From Perkinsela sp. CCAP 1560/9 (taxonomy: Eukaryota; Protista; Euglenozoa: Kinetoplastea): 64,000 nt of DNA. The notes under the pieces were generated by a model. The model searched no databases and was not told the origin of the DNA. It saw only the letters and a list, made by a program, of their open reading frames with translations. The stretch lies in NCBI GenBank assembly GCA_965644495.1, contig CBFFSA010000001.1, positions 496,001 to 560,000 on the forward strand, in the 5' to 3' direction. Of the stretch, positions 20,973-31,703 are shown piece by piece (position 1 is the stretch's first letter; every line of letters starts with the position of its first letter). Position numbers and translations under genes: made by a program.

Positions 20973-22298
20973 TCATTCTTCAGCGCTCCTAACGATGCTA
21001 AGGATTTCATTCCATACGGTTTCACAGTTTTGTACCAATCCCATATGGCTAGTTCCATTCACGTACCTCGTTCTCACAGGGGGTATCTGGTGGGCTGACC
21101 ATTCCTCGCAGATCGACGCGCTATCTTTGGGCACGGTTCCGTCACCATCGGCCCCCATGTCCAGCTTTGGTCGATACCGACTCAGACGATCATACCCGCT
21201 AAGTTCAATTTTAGACAAAGTGGGTATCCCGGTTCCTATATAACAATAAACACTCACCCCCGGAGCGCTCTGGTAATCCATATCTGTGTTCAGCTTGTGA
21301 AACAGCTCACCGTGCGTCTCAAACCCGACTTTCTTCAACAGACGTGGAAAATCACTTGCGGTGTACGTTTCCTTTTTTACCGATAGCAAAACCTTATTCT
21401 CCCACACCCTCGTCCGGTTACTACTGTTCGGGAACAACGCATACAACCCGGGCCACGTCGCCAGCACCGGCTGCGTATACCAATTCGGCACCACCGGTAC
21501 CATCTCCGTTGCCCCATCCAAAATCGACTGCACCGCCTTCAACGACCCCCCCAACGGGACCCCCAACAGCACCACCCTCCCCACATACCTCTTCTTCCAC
21601 CCCTCCCCCACAAACGTATTCAGAAACCCACTCACCACAACCCCTCCCAGGGAGTGGGCCACCAGCGTCACCTTTCGTATCTCCCCCCCTCTTCCCCCCC
21701 CTGTCTCCCCCATCCCCTCAATCCTCCTCTTCAGCCCCTCAAACACCCCCCCGGGCCTTGCCCAATCCACCGGGCCTCTACGGAAGTCATACGCGTAGGC
21801 CTGCAGGTTCTCCCCCCTCACGTACCCCTTGGCTACCAGATACTCCACCAGCGGGGCCATGTACTGTGTGTGGGCACAGCTCCACGGGGTCGCGTGGTCG
21901 AGGCAGCTGACCGCCGCGAGGGCATCCGGCAGGGGTCGGATCGCGACCCCCGGGGGGGGGGCGCTGGCCCCGGTGCGGGGGTCGAGGGCGAGGCGCATGA
22001 CTGCGGCCCAGCAGGGGTACTCGAGGGTGAAGGCGGTGAGGTCGACCCAGGCGGGGGACCAGGCGGGGGTGGTGGTGAGACAGGGCAGGGGGAGGGAGAG
22101 GGCGTTGGTGCGGCGCTGCTGGAGGACGGAGCCGAGGAGACCGGGGAGGAGGAGGAGGGGGAGAGGGGAGGGGGAAGAGGAGGAGGAAGAGGAGGAGGAA
22201 GAGGAGAGGGTGGGGAGATGGGGGAAGGGATGGGGGTGGGGGAGAGGGAGGGTGAGAAGAAGGGTGAGGGTGAGGAGGGGGAGGGGGGGTGGGGACAT
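20973..22298 (-). CDS. LCAT / group XV phospholipase A2-like protein, tandem paralogue
   Basis: LLLLPGLLGSVL, AYDFRR, VAHSLGG, DGDGTVP, SHMGLV; colinear with the neighbouring gene. Confidence 0.9.
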   Translation of the reverse strand: MSPPPLPLLTLTLLLTLPLPHPHPFPHLPTLSSSSSSSSSSSPSPLPLLLLPGLLGSVLQQRRTNALSLPLPCLTTTPAWSPAWVDLTAFTLEYPCWAAVMRLALDPRTGASAPPPGVAIRPLPDALAAVSCLDHATPWSCAHTQYMAPLVEYLVAKGYVRGENLQAYAYDFRRGPVDWARPGGVFEGLKRRIEGMGETGGGRGGEIRKVTLVAHSLGGVVVSGFLNTFVGEGWKKRYVGRVVLLGVPLGGSLKAVQSILDGATEMVPVVPNWYTQPVLATWPGLYALFPNSSNRTRVWENKVLLSVKKETYTASDFPRLLKKVGFETHGELFHKLNTDMDYQSAPGVSVYCYIGTGIPTLSKIELSGYDRLSRYRPKLDMGADGDGTVPKDSASICEEWSAHQIPPVRTRYVNGTSHMGLVQNCETVWNEILSIVRSAEE

Positions 22299-22651
22299 GG
22301 AAGGGGAGGTGGGGAAGAAAAGGTGGAGGAGGAGGGGGGGAGATTGTGGAGGAAAGAAAGAGGTTGGATGGAAAGGTTTGGATTGAGATTTGTGTAGGTA
22401 AGAGGAGCAATATATTTTTTCATAGGGAATGATTTCTTATTCTTTAAGGAGTCGAGGTAATACTCTTAAAAAGTCGATTTAGGAGTCGAAATATCCCAAA
22501 TGAGTGCATTCTGAAATTACGGGGTAGTAGTACTGGGCACGCACGTGGTAGAGTGTGAGGCCGTTAACACTACAAAAGCGTACATGACAGGTGTTCTACG
22601 TTTCGGCGTGATCATTTTGACTTAATTTTTTCTAGGTATACGTGATAGAAT

Positions 22652-25600
22652 TCATTGTCGATTCCGCCTACATTCGATGCACTGACTTCCCATTGTGCAG
22701 GGAGAGTGAACCTCCAGATGACAGGGCCGTTGACATTGATGGGACGAGCAAAGGGGAAAATTGCATTGCTGCGTGCAAAACGAAAGGGTGGGATTGTCAC
22801 TCTCTTTCAGACATAAGCGATCCACTACGACAGAATTGTATGGGTTTACCGAATTATCACCTTGCGTCTCGGCTTTTTGAATACTTCCCATGATCAGGGG
22901 ATCTATCCGGCTTACCACTTCAATGGCATCATTCGAAGTAACTACAATTCTAGTGGAAGGATGGCGTGAGCAATGAAGTCGTAGCTTTTTCCCCTGCCGT
23001 TTAGGACCGATAACGTCAAGCACCTTTTTCCAGTGACTTATCGTTCGGAGGAGTCGGGAAGACCCCAAAATGATCAGCGAATGGCGTGCTCTACTACACG
23101 CAACAATCATACGGTTTTCCAATTCAAGAAAGTCAGTAATATGCTTAGTACGAACTAGGGACAAAATTATTATGTCATTTTCATCACCTTGAAAACGATC
23201 GACAGTGAAAACGTCGACGCGATCTCGGGAGATAAGAAAAGGGCAACGACGCATGGCACGAATGATGGCTCTTCTCTGTCCGACATAAGGTGTAATAACA
23301 GTAATAGATGAAGCTGGAACACCCTGAAAAAGCAAAAAGCAGACAAGAAACGTTACCATTGCGATTTCAGCATTATTTTCTATGCTAGTGTTCTGTTTCA
23401 AAGCGACTTCCGGATGTTCATGATTCCAAAAGAAAACTGAATCTTCCAACCCAGGAGCGGTAATCCAATTCTGATTCCAGATGCTGGTAAAAGTGCGTGT
23501 GTTTACCGCAGGGTGATCAGAAAGGGAAAAACTAACGCAATCTGTATAGAAGCCGCGAACGAGATCGCATAATTCCGACCGCATGCGGTGTTGTTCGTCA
23601 AGTTTAATGAGAGGAAACCTTGTGTTGACAAACCTCTCAAACAGAGAGACGTTCAGCTTATTTTCCGTGGCTAGCTCATACTTGCGAACAGTGGGTCGTA
23701 ATTGCTTATGATCTCCTATAAGAATTACTTGCCGTATTGACGAGGGAAGACATGCCCATATTTGACTTTCAAGAATTTCGGCTGCTTCCTCCACAATAAT
23801 GATCTGAGGTGACACTTCTTTGATCACGTCCATGTGTAAAGCTAAACCGGTAGTCGTGGCACCAATAACATCCATAGAGCGCATGAGTGATATTTGTGTC
23901 ATTTTTCGCATCTCAAAAAGAAGTTTGTAAAGTTTTTCATATTGTAAAGCAAGATCCGGTAGTTTCTGTGCAGCCTCCACATATTCTTGACGGCAAATAT
24001 TTTCCAGCAAACGTTGTCTTTCAGCGTGCGTCAATGCCCAAACTGTTACAATGGATGGAACTATGGACCGAGAAAGCGGCATATCGCGCGGCACCAAAAA
24101 AGAATCCCAATTTATATCCATCTTGCGAATAATATCTCCATCAAGGTACCGATCTGTGTCCATATCGTTTGCATCTCGAACAGTATTAGTTGCCTGCTTC
24201 TTGGTGCTATCAATTTTATCCTCATCGCATGGCATAATGGAGGAATATTCGTTATCATCCAATTCAGATTCATGGTTCATTTCATTTTCGTACGGCTCCT
24301 CAACGAGCGAATCATTGTTGACATCATTGTTCGAAGAAAGGACTTGCTTTGATCCCTGATTGTCACTGGAAAAAACCTTCAACCCTTTGCACCATTTGGC
24401 AAATAAATCGTTAAGAGCCGAAGTTCTATTTTCATTAAGTTCATCTTTGTTCTGTGTCTCTAGATGGGTATCGCTATAACGCGAGCCCTCAATAAAGTCA
24501 GTTCTTTGATGCTCGGATAGGTACCTCAGAAATGTTTGTACGTCCAAGCTCTTTGTTGCAAGAATTTGCATTTTCCGCATCGTAGTTAAGATTGCTGCTT
24601 TTGCACGCTGAGTTTCTGCAAGAATTTCTAGGTAACTGGAACTTTTTTCACAAGATTGAAACTGCTTTTCCATAGTGTACTTGAAAAGGGCAGAATTTTC
24701 TATTCGGGTTCCGATGCGCAGCACATTCTTCTTATGTGGACAACACGTCGCGCAACATCCAGCTGTAGTTCCAGTGCATCGACAGCCACCACGTTCTCGG
24801 CTTTTCCCGCACCATAAACTGGTATTTAGTAGATCTTCAAGGAACTCGTCCAGGGCATGATTTTTATAAGTCACGACAAGAATCGGAGGAACTTTCAGAT
24901 TCGTATTAACAAGTTTTTCAAAAGAATTAGCTAGATTTTCAAGACGTCCTTCATGCAGAGAAATTCGAAATTTCGTAATACACTCAGTAATTCGACAACC
25001 CAAAAAACTTTTCCCTGCTCCTGGAGGTCCTTGGATTAAAATAATAGGAGTATGAGGAAGGGATTCAAGTGCCTGACGTTGCCCTTTCTTTAGCTGAGTA
25101 CTGTCGATGACTTCAGATATGACTTTTTGGTAGGCATGCTCATAACATGTCGGAACAATTTCTGAAGCTGTCATTGTCGAAGGATTATGTAGAATGTCGC
25201 ACAACGGTGAAAAATCCCCATTCGAAAATTCTAGTGCTCTATGCAGACTTTGAAGAACTGGTTCATAGCTGGGAAAAAAGTTATCGTGTGCAAGAAGAAC
25301 ACCAGCCCCAGAAAAGCTTTCAATTCGACATGCTCCTTCAGCAGGCAATCTACCCGCATCAACCGACGATGAGCAACCTAGAACTCGTAATATATCCGCA
25401 ATTAGGCTCTGTTGACTTTCAGGGCCACATGGTCGAAGTGCCACTAAACCACGGTGGGAGCAAACAGAAACAACGCACGAGAGTAAATGGTGCCACCTAT
25501 CAATAACATTAGCTCCGTGTTCTCCTTCCCGTGCCCTTTTCAATCCATAATCTGTATCTTTCGTACCAAGTAAGCATACTAAATTTCCCCGACTTAAGTG

Positions 25601-27652
25601 TGATGAGTGACGACCAAGAATCAAGGGATCGCACCATAACACGGGACAGATTCCATATTGCGAATCGAAGTAATAGCCTCCAAAGCATACGCTCTGAAAA
25701 GCTGAATCGCACTTTACTTTGGGATTTTCAGTTGCTGATGTTTGGTCAGTAGACAAGATTTGCGCATTGCGCTTCTCCGAAGAACTCACATAGTTATGAA
25801 TTTGGGCGATAAAAGCATTATAGCAGTCAGCGCGTAGCAGAGAGTAGTGAGCAAACAAGTGGTCCCACGTAGATGGGAATACGTTAGAAAGAACACCGAG
25901 ATTTTTAAAATACAGTGGGCTGCGTTCATCATCCGAGTTGAAACAAATATCATTGATATCCAAAGTGGTGCTTGGAAGATTTTGAGCTTGCTTTAACGTA
26001 TGAGATGCCACTTGCGTACAGTTTGGACCTTTAATAGCATCCGTCTTTCGATAGGACCTAATATTAGAGTTTAACAGTTCTTTAGTAGAGCGTACAAGAC
26101 GCATGTATTCAGGAGTGTTCGCATATTTTGGCAATGAAGTTTCCATGTATTGAAGAAGTGCCACGATGTTTTGCAAAACAGTGTTATCTTCCTGAAATAT
26201 CTTACGCATTCCACGCAAGATTCCTAATACAGGCACAACTACTGCTATCGATTGTCGAGTCTCTAATACTGAGTCGTTTTCGCTATTCTGAGAAGACGAG
26301 GTTTGGTTGCTCAGAGAATTAGTTGATCTTACGTAAACTCCAGACGTCTCGCGTTCGATAGCCAAACAAAGCAAATCAGGAAATAATGAAATATGTGAAG
26401 TAGGACTCACGTGTTCTTCGCTTTGAAAAATGACCTTTGATAGCTGTTTTGGAAGGATAGATTCTTTAAAGAAGAGCCGAACAAGGCTTGTATTCCCCGC
26501 CAAGGTTTGCTTCGAAACCCTGGGATCAGAGGAAAGCGGAGAGTCGGAAACCGAAACTATACCAAGTAGCGCAACTTTGGCCATAAAAGCAAGCAGAGTT
26601 GAAAGGTAGTACGGTTTTCGGTGTAGAACATTTAAAGTGTACTGAAGTAAAGCATTCCAATGCTCTTGATGTACAAGAATTCGAGTAATCAGGATAAGTG
26701 TCATGTTTTCACGAAGGCATGTATCAAAAAAATATTCTGCATCAGAATCTTGCCAAGTTCGAATTATCGGTGTCACTTCTTTTGCGGCAATAATGGTCGT
26801 CCTTTGATCAATCCTAAACTGCACAAGATCATTCTCTTTAATCTGCTTCAAGCCAAAATTTTCGACTTGCGAACTTGCAAAACGAAAGCAGTATCCGGAT
26901 TCGACGTCTTTTACGGTACCGTCGCGGCGACTTGGATCGTCATTCACCGAAACAATCGTTCCGCGATGAAACGTCTTTCTTGAAAATGGCTCAATAAGCC
27001 AACTCCCAGGAGGTGCCGACCTCTTTGCGTCCCGTTCCTGTGACAAACGCTTTGGTTGAGTTTTAAGAGATTCAACGTGGCGTTGAGTTTGCTCCACAAT
27101 GAGCTCCTTAATTGAGGGAGCCGCCTTGACCCCCTGGTGTGCCACTGCATCAGCTGTTCTCCGGGTAGTCGGATACTCAACATCGGAATAACCGGAAGGA
27201 GAGAAAGGGTGCCCATTCATTCGTGTTATACAGTTCTGCATCGTGTGTCCCTCATGACCACATAAAAAACACCATCTCGCCTTTCTGAGAACAAATAATT
27301 TTTCGTCAATCCACAATTGAATCAGCCCTTTAGGATTGCGACGAAATTCGGTTGCATTTTGCTCTAACACTTTACCCGTATCCTTCGCACCATTTGAATC
27401 TCCAAACAATTTTTCATGAAGTCCTAGTTTTCTTAACAAAGGTGGATGCATGGTTACGATGTCAAGAAACGTAAAGCGATGCGCAAGAATTTCTTCGCAA
27501 TTATTCCAATCAATACTCGAAGCCTTTGTAGCGTCCCAGTCTCTCCTGAGCATCAAAATCAGAGTATAGATAAGAATATAAACGGTTTTTTTTCCACCGT
27601 AAGAGTGTCGACAAATGACTGGAAGCAACTCAAATATTCTCGTTTTATACAT
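22652..27652 (-). CDS. ZNFX1: ZNFX1-like SF1 (Upf1-type) RNA helicase with N-terminal CCHC knuckle and cold-shock-like domain
   Basis: IQGPPGAGKS, VTYKNHALDEFLE, IVEEAAEILES, LIGDHKQLRP, LNVSLFERF, TVDRFQGDENDIIILSLVR, C-terminal Cys/His finger; true start may be ATG 27553. Confidence 0.82.
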   Translation of the reverse strand: MYKTRIFELLPVICRHSYGGKKTVYILIYTLILMLRRDWDATKASSIDWNNCEEILAHRFTFLDIVTMHPPLLRKLGLHEKLFGDSNGAKDTGKVLEQNATEFRRNPKGLIQLWIDEKLFVLRKARWCFLCGHEGHTMQNCITRMNGHPFSPSGYSDVEYPTTRRTADAVAHQGVKAAPSIKELIVEQTQRHVESLKTQPKRLSQERDAKRSAPPGSWLIEPFSRKTFHRGTIVSVNDDPSRRDGTVKDVESGYCFRFASSQVENFGLKQIKENDLVQFRIDQRTTIIAAKEVTPIIRTWQDSDAEYFFDTCLRENMTLILITRILVHQEHWNALLQYTLNVLHRKPYYLSTLLAFMAKVALLGIVSVSDSPLSSDPRVSKQTLAGNTSLVRLFFKESILPKQLSKVIFQSEEHVSPTSHISLFPDLLCLAIERETSGVYVRSTNSLSNQTSSSQNSENDSVLETRQSIAVVVPVLGILRGMRKIFQEDNTVLQNIVALLQYMETSLPKYANTPEYMRLVRSTKELLNSNIRSYRKTDAIKGPNCTQVASHTLKQAQNLPSTTLDINDICFNSDDERSPLYFKNLGVLSNVFPSTWDHLFAHYSLLRADCYNAFIAQIHNYVSSSEKRNAQILSTDQTSATENPKVKCDSAFQSVCFGGYYFDSQYGICPVLWCDPLILGRHSSHLSRGNLVCLLGTKDTDYGLKRAREGEHGANVIDRWHHLLSCVVSVCSHRGLVALRPCGPESQQSLIADILRVLGCSSSVDAGRLPAEGACRIESFSGAGVLLAHDNFFPSYEPVLQSLHRALEFSNGDFSPLCDILHNPSTMTASEIVPTCYEHAYQKVISEVIDSTQLKKGQRQALESLPHTPIILIQGPPGAGKSFLGCRITECITKFRISLHEGRLENLANSFEKLVNTNLKVPPILVVTYKNHALDEFLEDLLNTSLWCGKSRERGGCRCTGTTAGCCATCCPHKKNVLRIGTRIENSALFKYTMEKQFQSCEKSSSYLEILAETQRAKAAILTTMRKMQILATKSLDVQTFLRYLSEHQRTDFIEGSRYSDTHLETQNKDELNENRTSALNDLFAKWCKGLKVFSSDNQGSKQVLSSNNDVNNDSLVEEPYENEMNHESELDDNEYSSIMPCDEDKIDSTKKQATNTVRDANDMDTDRYLDGDIIRKMDINWDSFLVPRDMPLSRSIVPSIVTVWALTHAERQRLLENICRQEYVEAAQKLPDLALQYEKLYKLLFEMRKMTQISLMRSMDVIGATTTGLALHMDVIKEVSPQIIIVEEAAEILESQIWACLPSSIRQVILIGDHKQLRPTVRKYELATENKLNVSLFERFVNTRFPLIKLDEQHRMRSELCDLVRGFYTDCVSFSLSDHPAVNTRTFTSIWNQNWITAPGLEDSVFFWNHEHPEVALKQNTSIENNAEIAMVTFLVCFLLFQGVPASSITVITPYVGQRRAIIRAMRRCPFLISRDRVDVFTVDRFQGDENDIIILSLVRTKHITDFLELENRMIVACSRARHSLIILGSSRLLRTISHWKKVLDVIGPKRQGKKLRLHCSRHPSTRIVVTSNDAIEVVSRIDPLIMGSIQKAETQGDNSVNPYNSVVVDRLCLKESDNPTLSFCTQQCNFPLCSSHQCQRPCHLEVHSPCTMGSQCIECRRNRQ

Positions 27653-27686
27653 GCTTGAGAAAGCGTGAACAAAAATCCATAACTCG

Positions 27687-29243
27687 TTACATTCGAAAAA
27701 TTAGAGTTGCATTCGTCCCCCCAAAACCAAAGCTATTTTTCAAAAAATATGCAGTCCTATCCTTTGGCAAATGAGACGAGGTGCCGCCACGAGGCAATGA
27801 GACACACTCTCTATTATGTGTAAGCGGGACCTCTAGTCCGGTATTTCCCGGACACTCATTCTGCTGCATGCATAATATTGCAAGTGCAGTTTCAACGCTG
27901 CCGGCGGCACCGAGAAGATGACCGAGGGCCCCTTTCATGCTTACAACTGGAACCGGAATAAAGGAATTTTCGTCAAAACGAAAAGATTTGGACTCACACT
28001 GTAGTTGTTCAATCGCCCGAATTTCAGCGGGATCACCCAGACGTGTTCCCGCGGCGTGGGCAGACACAAAAGAAATATCCGTCATCGATGCCCCAGCGTC
28101 GTTCAGTGCTCTTTTCATGGATATTACGCCACCCGTCCCTTGTGGGTCGGGGGCTGTGACGTGATAGGCATCACTGGACACTCCGTATCCAACAAGTTCT
28201 GCATACCACGGATGCGAGGCGTCGCGTGACCAGAAATTGGGAAAAATTCCGACTTCAGGCGACAAAGGATTTAGTGATGTTTTCTGGGACAACTGACGTC
28301 GTCGAAAAGCAAATTCGGCTTCTTCAAGTATTAACACCGCAGCGCCTTCACCCATTACAAATCCGTTCCTTTTCTCATCGAAAGGCGTACAACGAGAGCG
28401 ACTTAGCGCCCGCATTCGATGAAACCCCAGGAGGGCAATTGGGTGTATACAAGACTCTGCTGCGCCCGTAATCATCACATCACACTCGCCTCTCTCAATA
28501 ACCCGAAAAGCCTCACCAATACAATGTGACCCGGTACTGCACGCAGAGACAATACTTTGACTGCCCCCGCGAAATCCGTAGGTAAGAGAAATCTGGCCAC
28601 TCACGGCGTTCCCCAGGATCTTGGGTACGAAATAAGGCGATAACTTGCCCTCTTTTTGGGTTCGAAGATACTCCCCACATCGGGCAATATCTTGAATACT
28701 GGGTATGCCGACACCCACATTCACACCAACACGTGTCGTATCTATTAAGTTTGAGCTCCGTGTTGCTGAAATGGATGACAACGTACTTTTCGACTGAAAC
28801 ATTTTGGTTGCGGATACATTTGCATTACCTGTGTCTAATGGTGTGCCACTTGGATGCATTTCTTCTTCTATGAGACCTGCGTCAAGAAGGGCGTGTCGCG
28901 TCGCATGCATAGCTAATCGAGTACATCGTGTTTCGCGAGGCGTGGAACGAAACATTCGCTTTAGTTGTCCGGAGGAGTCGGCAAACTCGTCTGGGACAAC
29001 AGCGATAGGGAAATCAAGCCCACCCGCCTTGTGAGAAATGTCAGCTTCATTCCATTCCTCGTGGTTCGTTTTATTACTGGTGTCGTTTAAGGTATAAGGG
29101 GATAATATTCCGGTGAGGCCTTTAGTTAAACTAGCAAAGGAAGACGCGGAGGTAAGCCCCAGTGGAGTAATGAGACCAATTCCAGTGACGACAACATTTC
29201 TACGAGGTCCCCAGGAGGGTTTTGAAGAGCAAAGCTGTCTCAT
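27687..29243 (-). CDS. OXSM: mitochondrial beta-ketoacyl-ACP synthase (FabF/OXSM type)
   Basis: VVVTGIGLITPLG, SACSTG, GFVMGEGAAVLILEE, SDAYHVTAP, KGALGHLLGAAG, KNSFGFGGTN. Confidence 0.93.
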   Translation of the reverse strand: MRQLCSSKPSWGPRRNVVVTGIGLITPLGLTSASSFASLTKGLTGILSPYTLNDTSNKTNHEEWNEADISHKAGGLDFPIAVVPDEFADSSGQLKRMFRSTPRETRCTRLAMHATRHALLDAGLIEEEMHPSGTPLDTGNANVSATKMFQSKSTLSSISATRSSNLIDTTRVGVNVGVGIPSIQDIARCGEYLRTQKEGKLSPYFVPKILGNAVSGQISLTYGFRGGSQSIVSACSTGSHCIGEAFRVIERGECDVMITGAAESCIHPIALLGFHRMRALSRSRCTPFDEKRNGFVMGEGAAVLILEEAEFAFRRRQLSQKTSLNPLSPEVGIFPNFWSRDASHPWYAELVGYGVSSDAYHVTAPDPQGTGGVISMKRALNDAGASMTDISFVSAHAAGTRLGDPAEIRAIEQLQCESKSFRFDENSFIPVPVVSMKGALGHLLGAAGSVETALAILCMQQNECPGNTGLEVPLTHNRECVSLPRGGTSSHLPKDRTAYFLKNSFGFGGTNATLIFRM

Positions 29244-29537
29244 AGGCACGTAATAGATGCATGGTCTTCCAGGCTTATATTCGTAACAGCAAATTCAATT
29301 TGTTTCTACCCCAGAGCATTTCGGTTGAGAATCGTGGTCTGGAAATAGTTTCATTGTTTCGTATCATAATAATACAAACGACATTCAACAAATAGTTTAT
29401 TTAATAAATTAATTTGCGGCTCTTTCTCTACCACCATACCAATAAAGTTCATCCCACTTTAAAACTAGTCTATCGTTTGGTTGCAAATTATTCTGCATGA
29501 GATGTGGCGAATGAATAATGCACAGTGATGTGATGAG

Positions 29538-31703
29538 TTAAATATTGTATTCATCACGTATTCTTTGAAACATGTCGTTCAGAGGCTCTAGAGTATCGCA
29601 TATCTGTGCTGAATCCCGAACTGCACGAAGCTTCCTATCGTGAGAAGTGTTGTGCTTAGGCTCACATGTAGGCACCTTTGCCGTTTGGGACGAAGGCACG
29701 GTAGAAATCGTACAACCTCCTGAAAGGGGGGTAATTGCATGGGAGAGTGATGCGGTAGTTTTGGCACTTGCCTGCGGCTGCACATTCGCATAACTTTGAA
29801 CACACGTTGTTAAAGTATTGTGAGATGCCTGTGAAATAGATGTGTCTGTGGGCTTTACGTAGTTCAATTTTCGTCTACTGTCGCTGTAGGACAGAACTTT
29901 TGAAGTATCTGTGACGCATTTTGCAGTTTGGAAGGCTGGCAAAAAAGTATCGTGCAGGCTTTGCCACGGTGGAGGAGCCCGTGAAGATTTTATTTTTTTG
30001 ACTTTGGTGACCGCTGCGGTTGTGGGGGTGAAAAGGCTCCTATAAACACCGTGCCGTTTTTCAGAAGATCTTGCAACCGGTTGAGGGTTTGCGGACGAGC
30101 TTGACGTACCATTAGACCAATGCTCGGATGGAATAGTTTGTGGCTCTAGCGGTAAGGCATCACTTTCAATTGGAACGATTTTCAAGAGATCCTGGCATAC
30201 AGTTTGCGCGTGACGGAGAGAACCACGTTTTTTCGGATCAACCTTCAATAAGGAAAAAATAGCATCTACCCATGCCTTAGGAACTAATGAACTAGTTTCG
30301 TTGCCCTGGTGCATTGATGGTTCATTTTTTCTCAGGAGATCGATACACCTCGTACGCAAGGTCTCATCCGTCATCGAAGCAATTTCGGAAAGTACGCCTT
30401 TATGCTGACCAAGGATTTGAAACTCAGACTCATTACACTCCTTATCCTCTGCTGTGGAATCCTCCGGTGAATAAGCGTATTCGCTACGTGCTTGTGACCT
30501 TTCGGAAAACAAACCAGTACGCATAATTCCAGCTGTTAGTTCAAGGAGCAACACGCCCACACTCCACCTATCAATAGCCATAAGCTCATCCCCTGTAAAG
30601 GAAAAGGGCGAATCATCGAACGTTCTTGTTTCTAATTGATAGTTACTCGAATACGTATCCAGCACCTTCCGCGCTACTTCTGGTGCGGTGTAATGTGGCG
30701 TTCCACTTAGTGAATGCACACGAGTGTTTGGGTCACATCGCACTGCTCCCCCAAAATCAATAAGCTGCAGTGTCCAATGGTTACCAGAATCTCCTGGATG
30801 GTCTTCCCCAGGTCCACAGCTATGGGCGACCAACTGCTGCATATAGGTGGAAGATTCTATAAGTTGTACATTAGGAATCGTTTCTTTCGGGAGATCTCTC
30901 TCATTCGAGGGAACGAAGATAAAGTTATCAGGCTTAATGTCTCGATGAGCTATAGAATGCTTTTCGTGCAGATAGAGAACTGCAGAGAGGATATTGGAAC
31001 ACAGATGCAATGTCCACCACCAACTCGATGACAAATGGAGACCAGATTTCGTTACGGAAGAGCCCGGTAATTTATTGAAAGTTGAACTCGTCAGAGTGCC
31101 ACGAAAATGGTATTTATTTGCCTCTTCTTTTTCGTAATCTCGGAATATAACGTATGGCGGAACATAGTACTGAAGTGTGCGTGACTTGCCAAGTTCGGTT
31201 ATCACAAGAACAGACAATTTTACGAGCTGGTGTGTTTCATGATCGACAGGTTCTTCTGTGTGTACACACACAGCAGCATCCGTTATAGTCGATATATTGC
31301 GATGCTTGCAAAGAGTGCGGAGAAACGAAATCTCATTGAGCGCATTCAGAATGCATGAGGGCAAGGAGTTTACTAGATGGTCTTCAAGCCTAACGCCAGC
31401 CCTTAGTGGAGCAGTGAATTCTCTAGGCAAAACAGATTGCACTACTTTTATAGCACAATCCATTCCACCTTCTGAGGTGGCTGCATACACTTTGCCATAA
31501 GCTCCTCGCCCAATGCACCGAGAGGTTAAATACAAAGTATACTTACCTAATTCACTAGATAATCTATTCTTCTTCAAACTACATTTGATGTACCAATTCT
31601 TATCATCTGTAGACCTTTCAATAGAAGCCGAAGGGAGAGATGAAAGCAAGTCCGAAAATGTTTTTGACAAATTGCGCGCACTACGGGAAGTTTTACGAGT
31701 CAT
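29538..31703 (-). CDS. Ser/Thr protein kinase
   Basis: IGRGAYGKVY, CAIKV, HRDIKPDN, LIDFG, GTPHYTAPE, IDRWSVG. Confidence 0.95.
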   Translation of the reverse strand: MTRKTSRSARNLSKTFSDLLSSLPSASIERSTDDKNWYIKCSLKKNRLSSELGKYTLYLTSRCIGRGAYGKVYAATSEGGMDCAIKVVQSVLPREFTAPLRAGVRLEDHLVNSLPSCILNALNEISFLRTLCKHRNISTITDAAVCVHTEEPVDHETHQLVKLSVLVITELGKSRTLQYYVPPYVIFRDYEKEEANKYHFRGTLTSSTFNKLPGSSVTKSGLHLSSSWWWTLHLCSNILSAVLYLHEKHSIAHRDIKPDNFIFVPSNERDLPKETIPNVQLIESSTYMQQLVAHSCGPGEDHPGDSGNHWTLQLIDFGGAVRCDPNTRVHSLSGTPHYTAPEVARKVLDTYSSNYQLETRTFDDSPFSFTGDELMAIDRWSVGVLLLELTAGIMRTGLFSERSQARSEYAYSPEDSTAEDKECNESEFQILGQHKGVLSEIASMTDETLRTRCIDLLRKNEPSMHQGNETSSLVPKAWVDAIFSLLKVDPKKRGSLRHAQTVCQDLLKIVPIESDALPLEPQTIPSEHWSNGTSSSSANPQPVARSSEKRHGVYRSLFTPTTAAVTKVKKIKSSRAPPPWQSLHDTFLPAFQTAKCVTDTSKVLSYSDSRRKLNYVKPTDTSISQASHNTLTTCVQSYANVQPQASAKTTASLSHAITPLSGGCTISTVPSSQTAKVPTCEPKHNTSHDRKLRAVRDSAQICDTLEPLNDMFQRIRDEYNI

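Noticed and set aside
21344-22423. Multiple overlapping Pro- or Gly-rich ORFs in other frames
   Set aside because: Stop-codon depletion caused by the skew island; only the LCAT frame has conserved motifs
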